A DNA stretch of 20,000 nt, from positions 109,948 to 129,947 of IMG/VR virus record IMGVR_UViG_3300041405_000133. One strand, given 5' to 3'. A program made the translations under genes and the position numbers. Shown piece by piece: positions 8,931 to 17,047 of this stretch (positions are counted from its first letter, which is position 1; the number at the start of each line of letters is the position of its first letter). The notes under the pieces were generated by a model. It made no database searches, was not told the origin of the DNA, and saw only the letters and a list, made by a program, of their open reading frames with translations. The stretch is from an uncultured virus (IMG/VR IMGVR_UViG_3300041405_000133). Taxonomy: Duplodnaviria > Heunggongvirae > Uroviricota > Caudoviricetes.

Positions 8931-10196
8931 GTGATGAGTGGAAGTAAGCTCGATCGAATGAATGACTTCAACCGAAAGGTCCTACTTGACGTAGGGGTTT
9001 TCGAAGAAGAAGTAGATGACGGCCATCTGTCCTACCTTAAGGACGGTAAGCCATCTCCAGTGACCCTGAACAAGACCCGTCTGTGCATCACTGTACAGAA
9101 GATCTTGAAAGAAGGCCTGGGCGAAGAACGTACTGGGTTCCATCCCCTTGCTGAACAGATCACCGAAGGTCCAAGTCCTGTACTGAATGCCTTCAAGAAC
9201 TACGTCGGTGAGCGCATCAAGGCAACGGTTCGCCATATCGGCCTGTCGTTGATGGAACTGGCATCCGACTCCAAGCGCCACAAAGGCATGTCTGCCAAGG
9301 CTTCCAAGTATCTGACCGCTCTGGCAGGTATTGGTGAAGTCGATGAAAAGACTGTCGATACCATGCGCAAGGTGTTCGATGCTGTCAGTCAGGTTCCTGA
9401 GAAGCACCTGATTACCATTATCCTGAAAGCCAAGACCGACGACGGCAGTCTGCGTCAATCGGTTGTAACCTTCCCGATCATGGATGAAGCCGATAGCGAA
9501 GAAACCGAAACCTTCTTTGGCGTGAAGATGCCACGGAAGACCAAGGACAAAGCGCTGATTGTATCGGTTCTCGAATACATCCTTGGCGACGAGCCAGCTC
9601 GCAAGATGTACACCTCCGGCAGTAAGAACGGCAACTCGCCGTACTTCCACAGCCTGTTGCTGTCCTTCCACAAGCTGGCGACTCGATTGAACGACATCCT
9701 CACCGTACATGCGCCTAAGTGCCCATCGTTCGAAGAGCTGAAGTTCAATCTGGACTGGAGCGATGAACTCGATAACTTCGACGACTTCGCCAAGGTTTGC
9801 AGCCGAGCAGTTCCTGCTCTGCCGGGTAACACCGGTAAGGAAATCGAAGAAGAACGTTCTGCGTTCGAAGCAAGTGCGAGTGATGTTGGTGCCGATGATG
9901 ATCTGCCGTGGAATGAACCTAAAGCCAAACTCACCATCGGTAGCGATGACGAGAAGCGTCCGGCTGCTGGTTCGAGTTTCCGCGACACTGTCAGCAGCTC
10001 TCGTTCGAGCCGTGATCGTGATGATGATCGCTCGGATAGCCGTTCGAATCATGGAAGCTTCCGTGACTTGATGGGCGGTAAGGGTCGTGACCGCGATCGT
10101 GACGATCGTGATAGCCGTCGTGAAAGCCCAAGCTGGCGTTCAGGGCGTGATCGTGATGATCGTGACCGTGGTGGTCGCGGTGGCCGCGGCTGGTAA
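8931..10196 (+). CDS. Conserved chimallivirus protein (phiKZ gp70-like) with R/D/S/G low-complexity C-terminus
   Basis: 421-aa ORF (GTG 8931 or ATG 8934) in the gp70 position. The C-terminus has RDRDDD and RGGRGGRGW repeats. Confidence 0.75.
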   Translation: MMSGSKLDRMNDFNRKVLLDVGVFEEEVDDGHLSYLKDGKPSPVTLNKTRLCITVQKILKEGLGEERTGFHPLAEQITEGPSPVLNAFKNYVGERIKATVRHIGLSLMELASDSKRHKGMSAKASKYLTALAGIGEVDEKTVDTMRKVFDAVSQVPEKHLITIILKAKTDDGSLRQSVVTFPIMDEADSEETETFFGVKMPRKTKDKALIVSVLEYILGDEPARKMYTSGSKNGNSPYFHSLLLSFHKLATRLNDILTVHAPKCPSFEELKFNLDWSDELDNFDDFAKVCSRAVPALPGNTGKEIEEERSAFEASASDVGADDDLPWNEPKAKLTIGSDDEKRPAAGSSFRDTVSSSRSSRDRDDDRSDSRSNHGSFRDLMGGKGRDRDRDDRDSRRESPSWRSGRDRDDRDRGGRGGRGW

Positions 10197-10200
10197 TTAG

Positions 10201-10250
10201 CGGCATAGAGAGGCGGGGACTTCCCCGCCTATTCTACTTTTCTTTTTGTT
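10201..10250. terminator. Bidirectional terminator-like hairpin AGGCGGGG-ACTT-CCCCGCCT between convergent genes
   Basis: Perfect 8-bp stem at 10211-10230, preceded by GGCATAGA and followed by TTCTACTTTTCTTTTT. Confidence 0.8.
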
Positions 10251-10252
10251 CC

Positions 10253-10594
10253 CTAGCTGACATTTAAGCTAGTTCTGTAGATTTGTTTAAACCGCGCAAC
10301 CAAGGCCATGTCAGGCACAAGCACATGGTTGATCGTTTCATCAATCTGGTGAATAGAGGAAAACCCGTTAACTCGCATCACCAGATAATGATCCTCAAGT
10401 GGTACGCCGTTCGCTAAAAGGAACTGTGTTAGGTCAAACCTGTAGAGATATCCAGTCTCAGGAGATACCATCACTTGACGAGTGGTCTCAGATTCCCTGA
10501 AGTAGATGATCAGGGAGTCCACGTACGTCTTATATTCTTGAGTGAGTGTGAAGCTTGAGGGAGACGCTACGATCCACTTGGAAATGCCAGTCAT
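10253..10594 (-). CDS. Small protein (113 aa), possible LysM-like baseplate protein (T4 gp53 / P2 gpX-like)
   Basis: It fills the gap between the gp70-like gene and RNAP, with an AGGT SD on the minus strand. The pattern YRFDL..FL...G......Y.VMRVNG.......I..VLVPD resembles a LysM-type fold. Confidence 0.6.
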   Translation of the reverse strand: MTGISKWIVASPSSFTLTQEYKTYVDSLIIYFRESETTRQVMVSPETGYLYRFDLTQFLLANGVPLEDHYLVMRVNGFSSIHQIDETINHVLVPDMALVARFKQIYRTSLNVS

Positions 10595-10605
10595 GTGTTT
10601 ACCTA

Positions 10606-10629
10606 TAAAAGTCTTGAGTTATACATTAC
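10606..10629 (+). promoter_or_regulatory. Putative phage early promoter TAAAA-N10-ATACATTAC for the nvRNAP beta/beta' operon
   Basis: Identical 9-mer and identical spacing to the motif at 5601-5624. Confidence 0.7.
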
Positions 10630-10671
10630 CGAAATAGAATCTCAGCCCAAAGTAATAAGGAGACCGATTGA

Positions 10672-12852
10672 ATGAATCCATTTGATCCAACCGATCATTT
10701 ACCTCAAGAGCGCTACACCATTCCACCGGAGATGGTTCCGATCAGTGGTTTAAACTCTCAGTTCAAATGTGTCTCTGGTGCCCGTCAAGCAATGTTCACC
10801 GGTAACCTGTCCCAAGTATTGATCGTGGATGGACGTACCCGTAAACGCCAGCAGACTGGGTTGGAACGCGAGATTGCCAAAGCTACATTTAACCATCAGT
10901 TTCCTCGTGAAGCTGTGGTGTTGGCGATCATCCCACGATTTACATCCCGTAACTTCGGCGATAAGTTCCAGATCAACCCGTTCGATCTGGTGATCTACGA
11001 GGATTGGGAAACGAAAGAGCTGGACGTGGTCGAGTTGAGCAAGTTTCACGTAATGCACCAGCATTACGGATTCGAGTTCGAATACGATCAGGACGTCTAC
11101 GACGCCATCGTTAAAGGTAAACGTTTCAAGGCAGGTACGGTTATTGCTCGTTCTCCGGCTGTTACGGATGATGGCGACTACATGTACGGCCTGGAAACCA
11201 ACGTCTGCATGATCTCTGATCCGGCAGGTACTGAAGACGGTGTAAAGATCAGTCAGAGTTATGCCAAGCGTATTCGCTCGACAGGCTTTGAAAGTCGGAT
11301 TGCTCGCTTCGGCGGTAGTCATTACCCAATTAACTGGAACGGTAACCTGGAAGAGTACAAACCTATTCCAGACATCGGTGATTTCATCCAGTCAAACGGT
11401 CTGATCTGCGCATCACGGCCTTTCGATCCAAAGTATGATCCAGTCTACATGACTCGGACCAAGCTGCTTAAACCGCAGTATGGGTTGGACACACCGCTGT
11501 ACGGCGTACCGAACGCTCAAGTCGTAGACATCCGAGTCCTTCATAACGATAGGCTGTCTTCCCCGAAACTACCAAAGGAAATGACCAAACAGTTCCTGAA
11601 GTACTACGAGGCCGACCAAGAGTTCTACACCAAGATCGTTAAGACGTGCCTCTGCCGGAAAGGTAACTTCCTGGCTGACGACGTTGCAATGTCTCCACGT
11701 CTGCGCATTCTCCTGTACGAAGCAATCGCACGTAGCGGTGAGCGTCTGCTGGAAGAAGGCATCTGGCCGAAGAGCAAAGCCGACCAACTGCGTGTTCGCA
11801 CGAAGTATCGCGGCGAGATCTTGGATGAGTTCCGTGTGGAAATCATCTACCAGTACAAGACGTCGGTTGGTGAAGGTCCTAAGGTTACTGACCAATCTGG
11901 CGGTAAAGGTGTTACTTCGGCGGTTGCTCCAGACGAAGACATGCCTACAGACGAGAACGGTATTCGAGCCGACGTGGTGATCTTCTCGAACTCCACGGTA
12001 AACCGTCTGAACAACGGTCGTCAACATACCCAGGTAATCGGTGCTGCTGGCCGGGATATCATCAAACGTGTTCGTAAGTCTTACGGCTTGCCAGCCTTCG
12101 GTCCGATTGATCGGGAAGAAGTCAAACGTGCGGTGACGTCTCAGAACAACATGGCTGTAACCATGAAGAACTTTGCGTACATCATCGGCTTCTATAAGCT
12201 GGTGGCGCCTGCAATGTACGAACGTCTGACGCGTAACGATGTCATTCCGCAAGGGATTCACTTGCAGCATGTAATCGAATGCATCATGGACGGCGAAGAT
12301 CCTCACGGTCTGTTCCTGCAACTCGCATCCTCTGACGAAGTCTACATGGACAAAGTCATCAAGGAGATCGAATCAGGTCCGTACATGCCAGATCTGACGC
12401 CAGTGACCTACCGGAACCTGGCTGGCGATATGGTAACCACCAAGACCAGCATCTTGATCGGTCCTGACTACTACCTGCCTTTGGAGAAGACGGCTACCGA
12501 CGGTTCCGGTGTATCGTCCTCCAAGACCAACCACTTCGGCGTTACTGCCCGTCTGACGAATGCTGACAAATATGCCAGCCCTGGCCGTGAAACCGTAACC
12601 AAATCTACCGGTGAGTCCGAAGCGCGTAACCACGCTCACGCTTATGGTGCTGAGCCCCTTGCTCACATCATGGACTTGAACTACAACCCGGTGGTCCACA
12701 AAGAAGCCTGCATGACGATCCTCACCCACGAGACACCGACCAACATCGAATGTCTTGTTGACCGTGAGAAGTTTAAGCTTGGTGGACATCGTCCGCTGGC
12801 TTACGTTCGCCACATGATGGCCGTATCTGGTAAGAATATCTCCAGGGAGTAA
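10672..12852 (+). CDS. Non-virion RNA polymerase beta subunit, C-terminal half (phiKZ gp71-73-like)
   Basis: Matches to RpoB motifs: ARQAMFTGNLSQ (NRALMG.NMQRQ), GTEDGVKIS (NFEDSI.IS), GPKVTDQSGGKGV (GDK.AGRHGNKGV), EDMP.DENG..ADV, NRLNNGR (SRMNIGQ), GESEAR...AYGA (GEME..ALEAYGA). AAGGAG SD. Confidence 0.92.
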   Translation: MNPFDPTDHLPQERYTIPPEMVPISGLNSQFKCVSGARQAMFTGNLSQVLIVDGRTRKRQQTGLEREIAKATFNHQFPREAVVLAIIPRFTSRNFGDKFQINPFDLVIYEDWETKELDVVELSKFHVMHQHYGFEFEYDQDVYDAIVKGKRFKAGTVIARSPAVTDDGDYMYGLETNVCMISDPAGTEDGVKISQSYAKRIRSTGFESRIARFGGSHYPINWNGNLEEYKPIPDIGDFIQSNGLICASRPFDPKYDPVYMTRTKLLKPQYGLDTPLYGVPNAQVVDIRVLHNDRLSSPKLPKEMTKQFLKYYEADQEFYTKIVKTCLCRKGNFLADDVAMSPRLRILLYEAIARSGERLLEEGIWPKSKADQLRVRTKYRGEILDEFRVEIIYQYKTSVGEGPKVTDQSGGKGVTSAVAPDEDMPTDENGIRADVVIFSNSTVNRLNNGRQHTQVIGAAGRDIIKRVRKSYGLPAFGPIDREEVKRAVTSQNNMAVTMKNFAYIIGFYKLVAPAMYERLTRNDVIPQGIHLQHVIECIMDGEDPHGLFLQLASSDEVYMDKVIKEIESGPYMPDLTPVTYRNLAGDMVTTKTSILIGPDYYLPLEKTATDGSGVSSSKTNHFGVTARLTNADKYASPGRETVTKSTGESEARNHAHAYGAEPLAHIMDLNYNPVVHKEACMTILTHETPTNIECLVDREKFKLGGHRPLAYVRHMMAVSGKNISRE

Positions 12853-12886
12853 TCCCTGGCGGTACAACGTAGGAGCGTGTTAATTA

Positions 12887-14866
12887 ATGGCAAGACATCG
12901 TCGGTTCAGAGCCCGTGACCTGTTCGATACGATGGTACATCTTTGGCCTTGCGCTGAGTACGAGGAATTCATCCTCGAGTTCGACGACGGCGACACGATG
13001 ACCACAACAACAATCAATACCCAGATCTCCCGCAAGCTCTGGTTGCCACACGAGGTATACGACAAACTCGGTATCTTCAAGCGCCACCACATCGGTAATG
13101 GTTCGCTGTCCAATGAACGCATCCATGAAGTACAGGGTGCGATCACTGAAGACATGTACAACACGTACGGTGAGTTGGGCTTTAACCGTGAAGAGTTGTG
13201 GCGACACAACTATTACGGCACCAACCGTCTGTACAACGAATCCATCGTCGAATATGCGGCGTATGTTCGCGGCAGTAACTCGTTTGACTTCAGTCATCTG
13301 TACGAGTATCCGCCAATCGCTAAGATCCGTACCGAATGCCAGCCTAACAAGCTGTCTATCGAGAAGGCTTACGATGCGGCGAAGTTGGTTCTGGAACGTG
13401 ATCCTGCGATTGCTCGTAACGTGATCATCTCCGACCTTCGGGCTGGTCTGTTGAAGATGGAGCAGTTGCTTCAGATCCTCATCGTGCGGGGCTACAACAC
13501 CGACATCGATGGGCACGTATATAGCAAACCTATCATGGGCAACTACTTCGCAGGTATTCACGATCCTGCGGAAGCCATGATGGAATCCACACTGGCCGCT
13601 AAGGCTATCATCTTTACCGGAGCGCCGCTCGAACAAACCGAGTATGCGAACCGGAAGATGCAGTTCACTACCCAGCAGGTTGACTTGCTGGTAATGGCTG
13701 ACTGTGGATCGACTGAGTACGGGGAGATTGAGATCACCAAGTTCAGGTTCAAAGCCATGGACGGTCTCAACTATCTCGATCCTGATACCAACCGGTTGAA
13801 ACCATTGCGGATGACTGACACTCACCTGATTGGTGAGACACGCAAGTTCCGTCTGGCATTCAACTGTAAGTACCGGCATCACAACAACGTCTGCAAGATG
13901 TGCTACGGCTTGCTGGCGTATAACGTGCCGTTCGGTGCGAACATCGGTCACATCGCATCTACAATGACCCAATCGGAAGTATCTCAGGCAGTGTTGAAGG
14001 TTAAGCACTCTGAGGCGTCTGCTTCTTCTGATCCGATCATCATTCAAGATGAAGAGCGGCCGTACATCCTCCCAGCATCTGAAGGTCACCAGATTCGTCT
14101 GAACCCAAGACTGGGCGTTAAGGGTATCCCGCTGATGCTTCGCGGTGGTTACTCTCAGGGTGTTCACAACGCATCGAAGCTTCCTGTACTGAAACGTACC
14201 GATCTGCGCGCTGGCGTTAACATCGCCAAGTTCAGTCAGTTCCGTGAAGTCAGCTTTGAGCTGCCTAGCGAGAACAAGCAGTCGAACCGGGTACACGTCA
14301 CGGTATCCCGTGGCGCGCGCATGTCGAACCTGACTCGTGAGTTCCTGGACTACTTCCTGAAGAAAGGCTTCCGAATCGATGATGATGGTTATTATCGGAT
14401 TGATCTGAAGGATTGGAACTTCGACCTGCCAGCCTTTGAAATGCCAAACCGCCACGGTAGCATGAAGGACCACGCAGCAGTAGTGGAAGTAATGATCCGC
14501 TCTACTCGTGACTCCAACCAGCGCCACTTGGGTCGGTTGAAGCAATTGAAGGACTATGCAAACCCAACTGAAGCAATGTTGGATACGCATGAGCTGATCG
14601 CACTGAAGGTTCCTGTTCACTTCACCCACGTCGCTATTGTGTTGCTGTCTATGATGGTATCCAGTACGAAGTCAGGCGATTACAGGATTCCACCTCTGGG
14701 CGAACCTACTCGGTTTGCTAAATACGATCACGTAATCAGTGGTCGCTCGATGGGCGCGTTCTTCGCCTATCAGGGTGGTCGTAACCTGCTCGATACACTT
14801 GAGCAGTACATGATCACTGAACGGGAACAACATCTGCTCGATCCGTTGCTGATGCCCGGCTGGTAA
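12887..14866 (+). CDS. Non-virion RNA polymerase beta' subunit, C-terminal half (phiKZ gp74-like)
   Basis: Matches to RpoC motifs: QILIVRG, bridge helix AKAIIFTG.PL..TEYANRK, DCGST, Zn site C......VCKMCYG, trigger loop GANIGHIAS.....VSQAVLKVKH. AGGAG SD. Confidence 0.92.
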   Translation: MARHRRFRARDLFDTMVHLWPCAEYEEFILEFDDGDTMTTTTINTQISRKLWLPHEVYDKLGIFKRHHIGNGSLSNERIHEVQGAITEDMYNTYGELGFNREELWRHNYYGTNRLYNESIVEYAAYVRGSNSFDFSHLYEYPPIAKIRTECQPNKLSIEKAYDAAKLVLERDPAIARNVIISDLRAGLLKMEQLLQILIVRGYNTDIDGHVYSKPIMGNYFAGIHDPAEAMMESTLAAKAIIFTGAPLEQTEYANRKMQFTTQQVDLLVMADCGSTEYGEIEITKFRFKAMDGLNYLDPDTNRLKPLRMTDTHLIGETRKFRLAFNCKYRHHNNVCKMCYGLLAYNVPFGANIGHIASTMTQSEVSQAVLKVKHSEASASSDPIIIQDEERPYILPASEGHQIRLNPRLGVKGIPLMLRGGYSQGVHNASKLPVLKRTDLRAGVNIAKFSQFREVSFELPSENKQSNRVHVTVSRGARMSNLTREFLDYFLKKGFRIDDDGYYRIDLKDWNFDLPAFEMPNRHGSMKDHAAVVEVMIRSTRDSNQRHLGRLKQLKDYANPTEAMLDTHELIALKVPVHFTHVAIVLLSMMVSSTKSGDYRIPPLGEPTRFAKYDHVISGRSMGAFFAYQGGRNLLDTLEQYMITEREQHLLDPLLMPGW

Positions 14867-14872
14867 CTGACA

Positions 14873-14906
14873 AACATACTGGCGGAGGAAACTCCGCCTT
14901 TATGCC
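14873..14906 (+). terminator. Hairpin GGCGGAG-GAAA-CTCCGCC followed by TTTATGCC
   Basis: 7-bp GC stem with a GAAA loop at 14881-14898. An exact copy lies at 15358-15375. Confidence 0.75.
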
Positions 14907-14930
14907 CCACTTTATAACAAGGAGGCCATA

Positions 14931-15350
14931 ATGGCTAAGCCACAATTTGTATCTATACGGTTTGAAGGGGATAGTGCCTCGACTCTCTTCACCCACGTCG
15001 TCTATAAGAAACTACCTGTGAAAGACGATGCGTTACGTTTCTTACATATCGAACGTAAAGGTAACACTAACTTCCTCTTCGATGCCACGCGCTTCGTAGA
15101 CGAGCTTCCAGACTCTCTGGCTATCACTTGGGATCGTGCAGGCGATAGCGCGACATTCACCATTGCTGAGCGTAAGTACGCTATCAGTATCTACACGGTA
15201 ATTGACGTTGAACGTGACAGTCCGTTCTACTTCCTCGATGAACTTCCTGACGGTACATGGCGACTCTGCCACAGCCTTCACTTTATCCCATGGCACCACG
15301 AACACTTGGATACAATCACTATCGAGAAGGTGTCCGTAGAAGTCCAGTAA
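14931..15350 (+). CDS. Accessory hypothetical protein (139 aa)
   Basis: Strong AAGGAGG SD. It sits between RNAP beta' and the helicase, flanked by identical hairpins. Confidence 0.8.
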   Translation: MAKPQFVSIRFEGDSASTLFTHVVYKKLPVKDDALRFLHIERKGNTNFLFDATRFVDELPDSLAITWDRAGDSATFTIAERKYAISIYTVIDVERDSPFYFLDELPDGTWRLCHSLHFIPWHHEHLDTITIEKVSVEVQ

Positions 15351-15396
15351 CATCCGAGGCGGAGGAAACTCCGCCCTAACTCTTACCTTTCTTTTG
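15349..15396 (+). terminator. Hairpin GGCGGAG-GAAA-CTCCGCC with CTTACCTTTCTTTT tail
   Basis: Exact 18-bp repeat of 14881-14898, immediately after the stop codon, followed by a pyrimidine/T run. Confidence 0.75.
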
Positions 15397-15479
15397 TAGT
15401 AAGAACTAACTATAGACGTATATCTATTATAGGCGAAGTGTGCCGTAAACGCACTAGGTAGATATTTGGGGAGAACGTC

Positions 15480-17000
15480 TTGAAGATCGACGTCTATAGC
15501 CATTCGTTCATGGTCAGTGATTTGAACGAGCGACAGAAGAAAGCCGTCGAACAGTTCTGCAAAACACTCATCCAGCATGAGATGGTTATTGAAGACGGCC
15601 GTAAGGAGATGGTGGCTGCAAGGGTGTTCGCATCCTCTACCGCTGCCAGACAGTACTACCGTTTCCACATCAACATGAAGGTGGAATTCTTCCAGACCCT
15701 GAACTACAACTTCATTAAGTCTGATGAATACACAGTCGTTAAACACGATAACACTCCAACGGATCGCTTCAAGGTTGAACATGAAGTAATCCACTTGTGG
15801 CCACCTCGCCATCCACAGCCGGCTATCATTAACCACGTTGTGAATGAGGAAGGTAGCAACAAGGTCGTAACCCTCCAGACGGGTAAGGGTAAGACGGAGC
15901 TGACGAAGCATTGCATGCACCAGCTGGGGCTGCGTACGGCTATCTTCATGAAGGGTGGTTATCTAGACCGTTGGGTGCCTGACCTTGAGTCATCATTCAA
16001 ACTGAAGCGTGGTCAACTCCTTGTTGTCCGAGGAAGTCCGGCGCTGAAGGGTCTGATGGAAATGGTGTTGGAGAAGCGTGACATCGGTAAGGTCATCCTT
16101 ATCTCCACAAACACCTACGTCAACTACATCAAGGAATTTGAAGCGGAAGGGTACGACTCAGGTTTCCCTATCGCACCGATCGACTTCTTTGAAATGTGCG
16201 GCATCGGTTTCGGTGTACTCGATGAGGGTCACCAGTACCCGCACGCTATCATGAAGTTCTTCGCTTACATGAATATCCACAAGTTCCTGACCTTGTCTGC
16301 AACACTCGACACCAAAGACAAGTTCATGAACAAGATGTACGAGATCATGTACCCGAGGCCTGCTCGATATAACGGGGATTATTACGATGCGTTTATTGAC
16401 GTGTCGGCGATCATCTACCAGTTGAGTAACGCCAAAGCAATTCGATGTAAGGGGTTCGGTGGAGCGTACAGCCACACGGCTTTCGAAGCCTCAATGATGT
16501 TGGCAAAGAACAAGAAGCTTCTTGAGAAGTATCTTGAAATGATTGCGTACTATATCCAGACTGACTTCGTCGATGTGATGGAGAAAGGACAGAAGGCAAT
16601 CGTGTTCTGCGCTACCATTAAGCTTTGTACGATACTGACTAAGTTCTTGCAAAAGAAGTTCCCGAAACTACTCGTGGCTCGCTACGTGTCTGGGGACAAG
16701 ATGTCTGTGTTGGAGCGCTCAGACATTGGCGTTAGTACAGTACTATCGGCAGGTACTGCGGTAGACATCAAGAACCTCCGTTACAACCTGATGACAACAG
16801 CAATCGATTCCCAGCAATCGAACGAACAAACCTTGGGGCGTACACGTCTGCTGAAAGACTGGCCTGACATCACTCCACGGTTCCGTTACTTCGTTTGCAG
16901 CAGCATCGAGAAGCACATGCTCTACCATCGCAATAAGCTTGACTACTTTAAAGGGAAGGTTAAGTCCCACGGTCAAGAGCAGTCACCTTTCTACATTTAA
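15480..17000 (+). CDS. SF2 DExH-box helicase (phiKZ gp75 / UvsW-like)
   Basis: Walker A LQTGKGKT, Walker B VLDEGH, motif III LSAT, motif VI QTLGRTR. TTG start with a GGGGAG SD. Confidence 0.92.
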   Translation: MKIDVYSHSFMVSDLNERQKKAVEQFCKTLIQHEMVIEDGRKEMVAARVFASSTAARQYYRFHINMKVEFFQTLNYNFIKSDEYTVVKHDNTPTDRFKVEHEVIHLWPPRHPQPAIINHVVNEEGSNKVVTLQTGKGKTELTKHCMHQLGLRTAIFMKGGYLDRWVPDLESSFKLKRGQLLVVRGSPALKGLMEMVLEKRDIGKVILISTNTYVNYIKEFEAEGYDSGFPIAPIDFFEMCGIGFGVLDEGHQYPHAIMKFFAYMNIHKFLTLSATLDTKDKFMNKMYEIMYPRPARYNGDYYDAFIDVSAIIYQLSNAKAIRCKGFGGAYSHTAFEASMMLAKNKKLLEKYLEMIAYYIQTDFVDVMEKGQKAIVFCATIKLCTILTKFLQKKFPKLLVARYVSGDKMSVLERSDIGVSTVLSAGTAVDIKNLRYNLMTTAIDSQQSNEQTLGRTRLLKDWPDITPRFRYFVCSSIEKHMLYHRNKLDYFKGKVKSHGQEQSPFYI

Positions 17001-17003
17001 GAA

Positions 17004-17030
17004 GCGGGGAGAAATCCCCGCCTTTATGTT
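17004..17030 (+). terminator. Hairpin GCGGGGA-GAAA-TCCCCGC followed by CTTTATGTT
   Basis: 7-bp stem with a GNRA loop directly after the helicase stop codon. Confidence 0.7.
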
Positions 17031-17047
17031 CCCATTAGGAGGAAAAG

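Noticed and set aside
9990..10196. CGTGA(T/C)-rich short repeats as a CRISPR array or DNA-level repeat element
   Set aside because: Explained by Arg-Asp codon repeats inside a CDS; there is no repeat-spacer periodicity.
12884..14629. 581-aa minus-strand ORF over RNAP beta'
   Set aside because: Fully antisense to a gene with clear RpoC motifs.
15400..15432. Third copy of the early promoter upstream of the helicase (AGACGTATATCTATTATAG)
   Set aside because: AT-rich and plausible as a promoter, but it matches ATACATTAC and the spaced TAAAA poorly, so it is not called.
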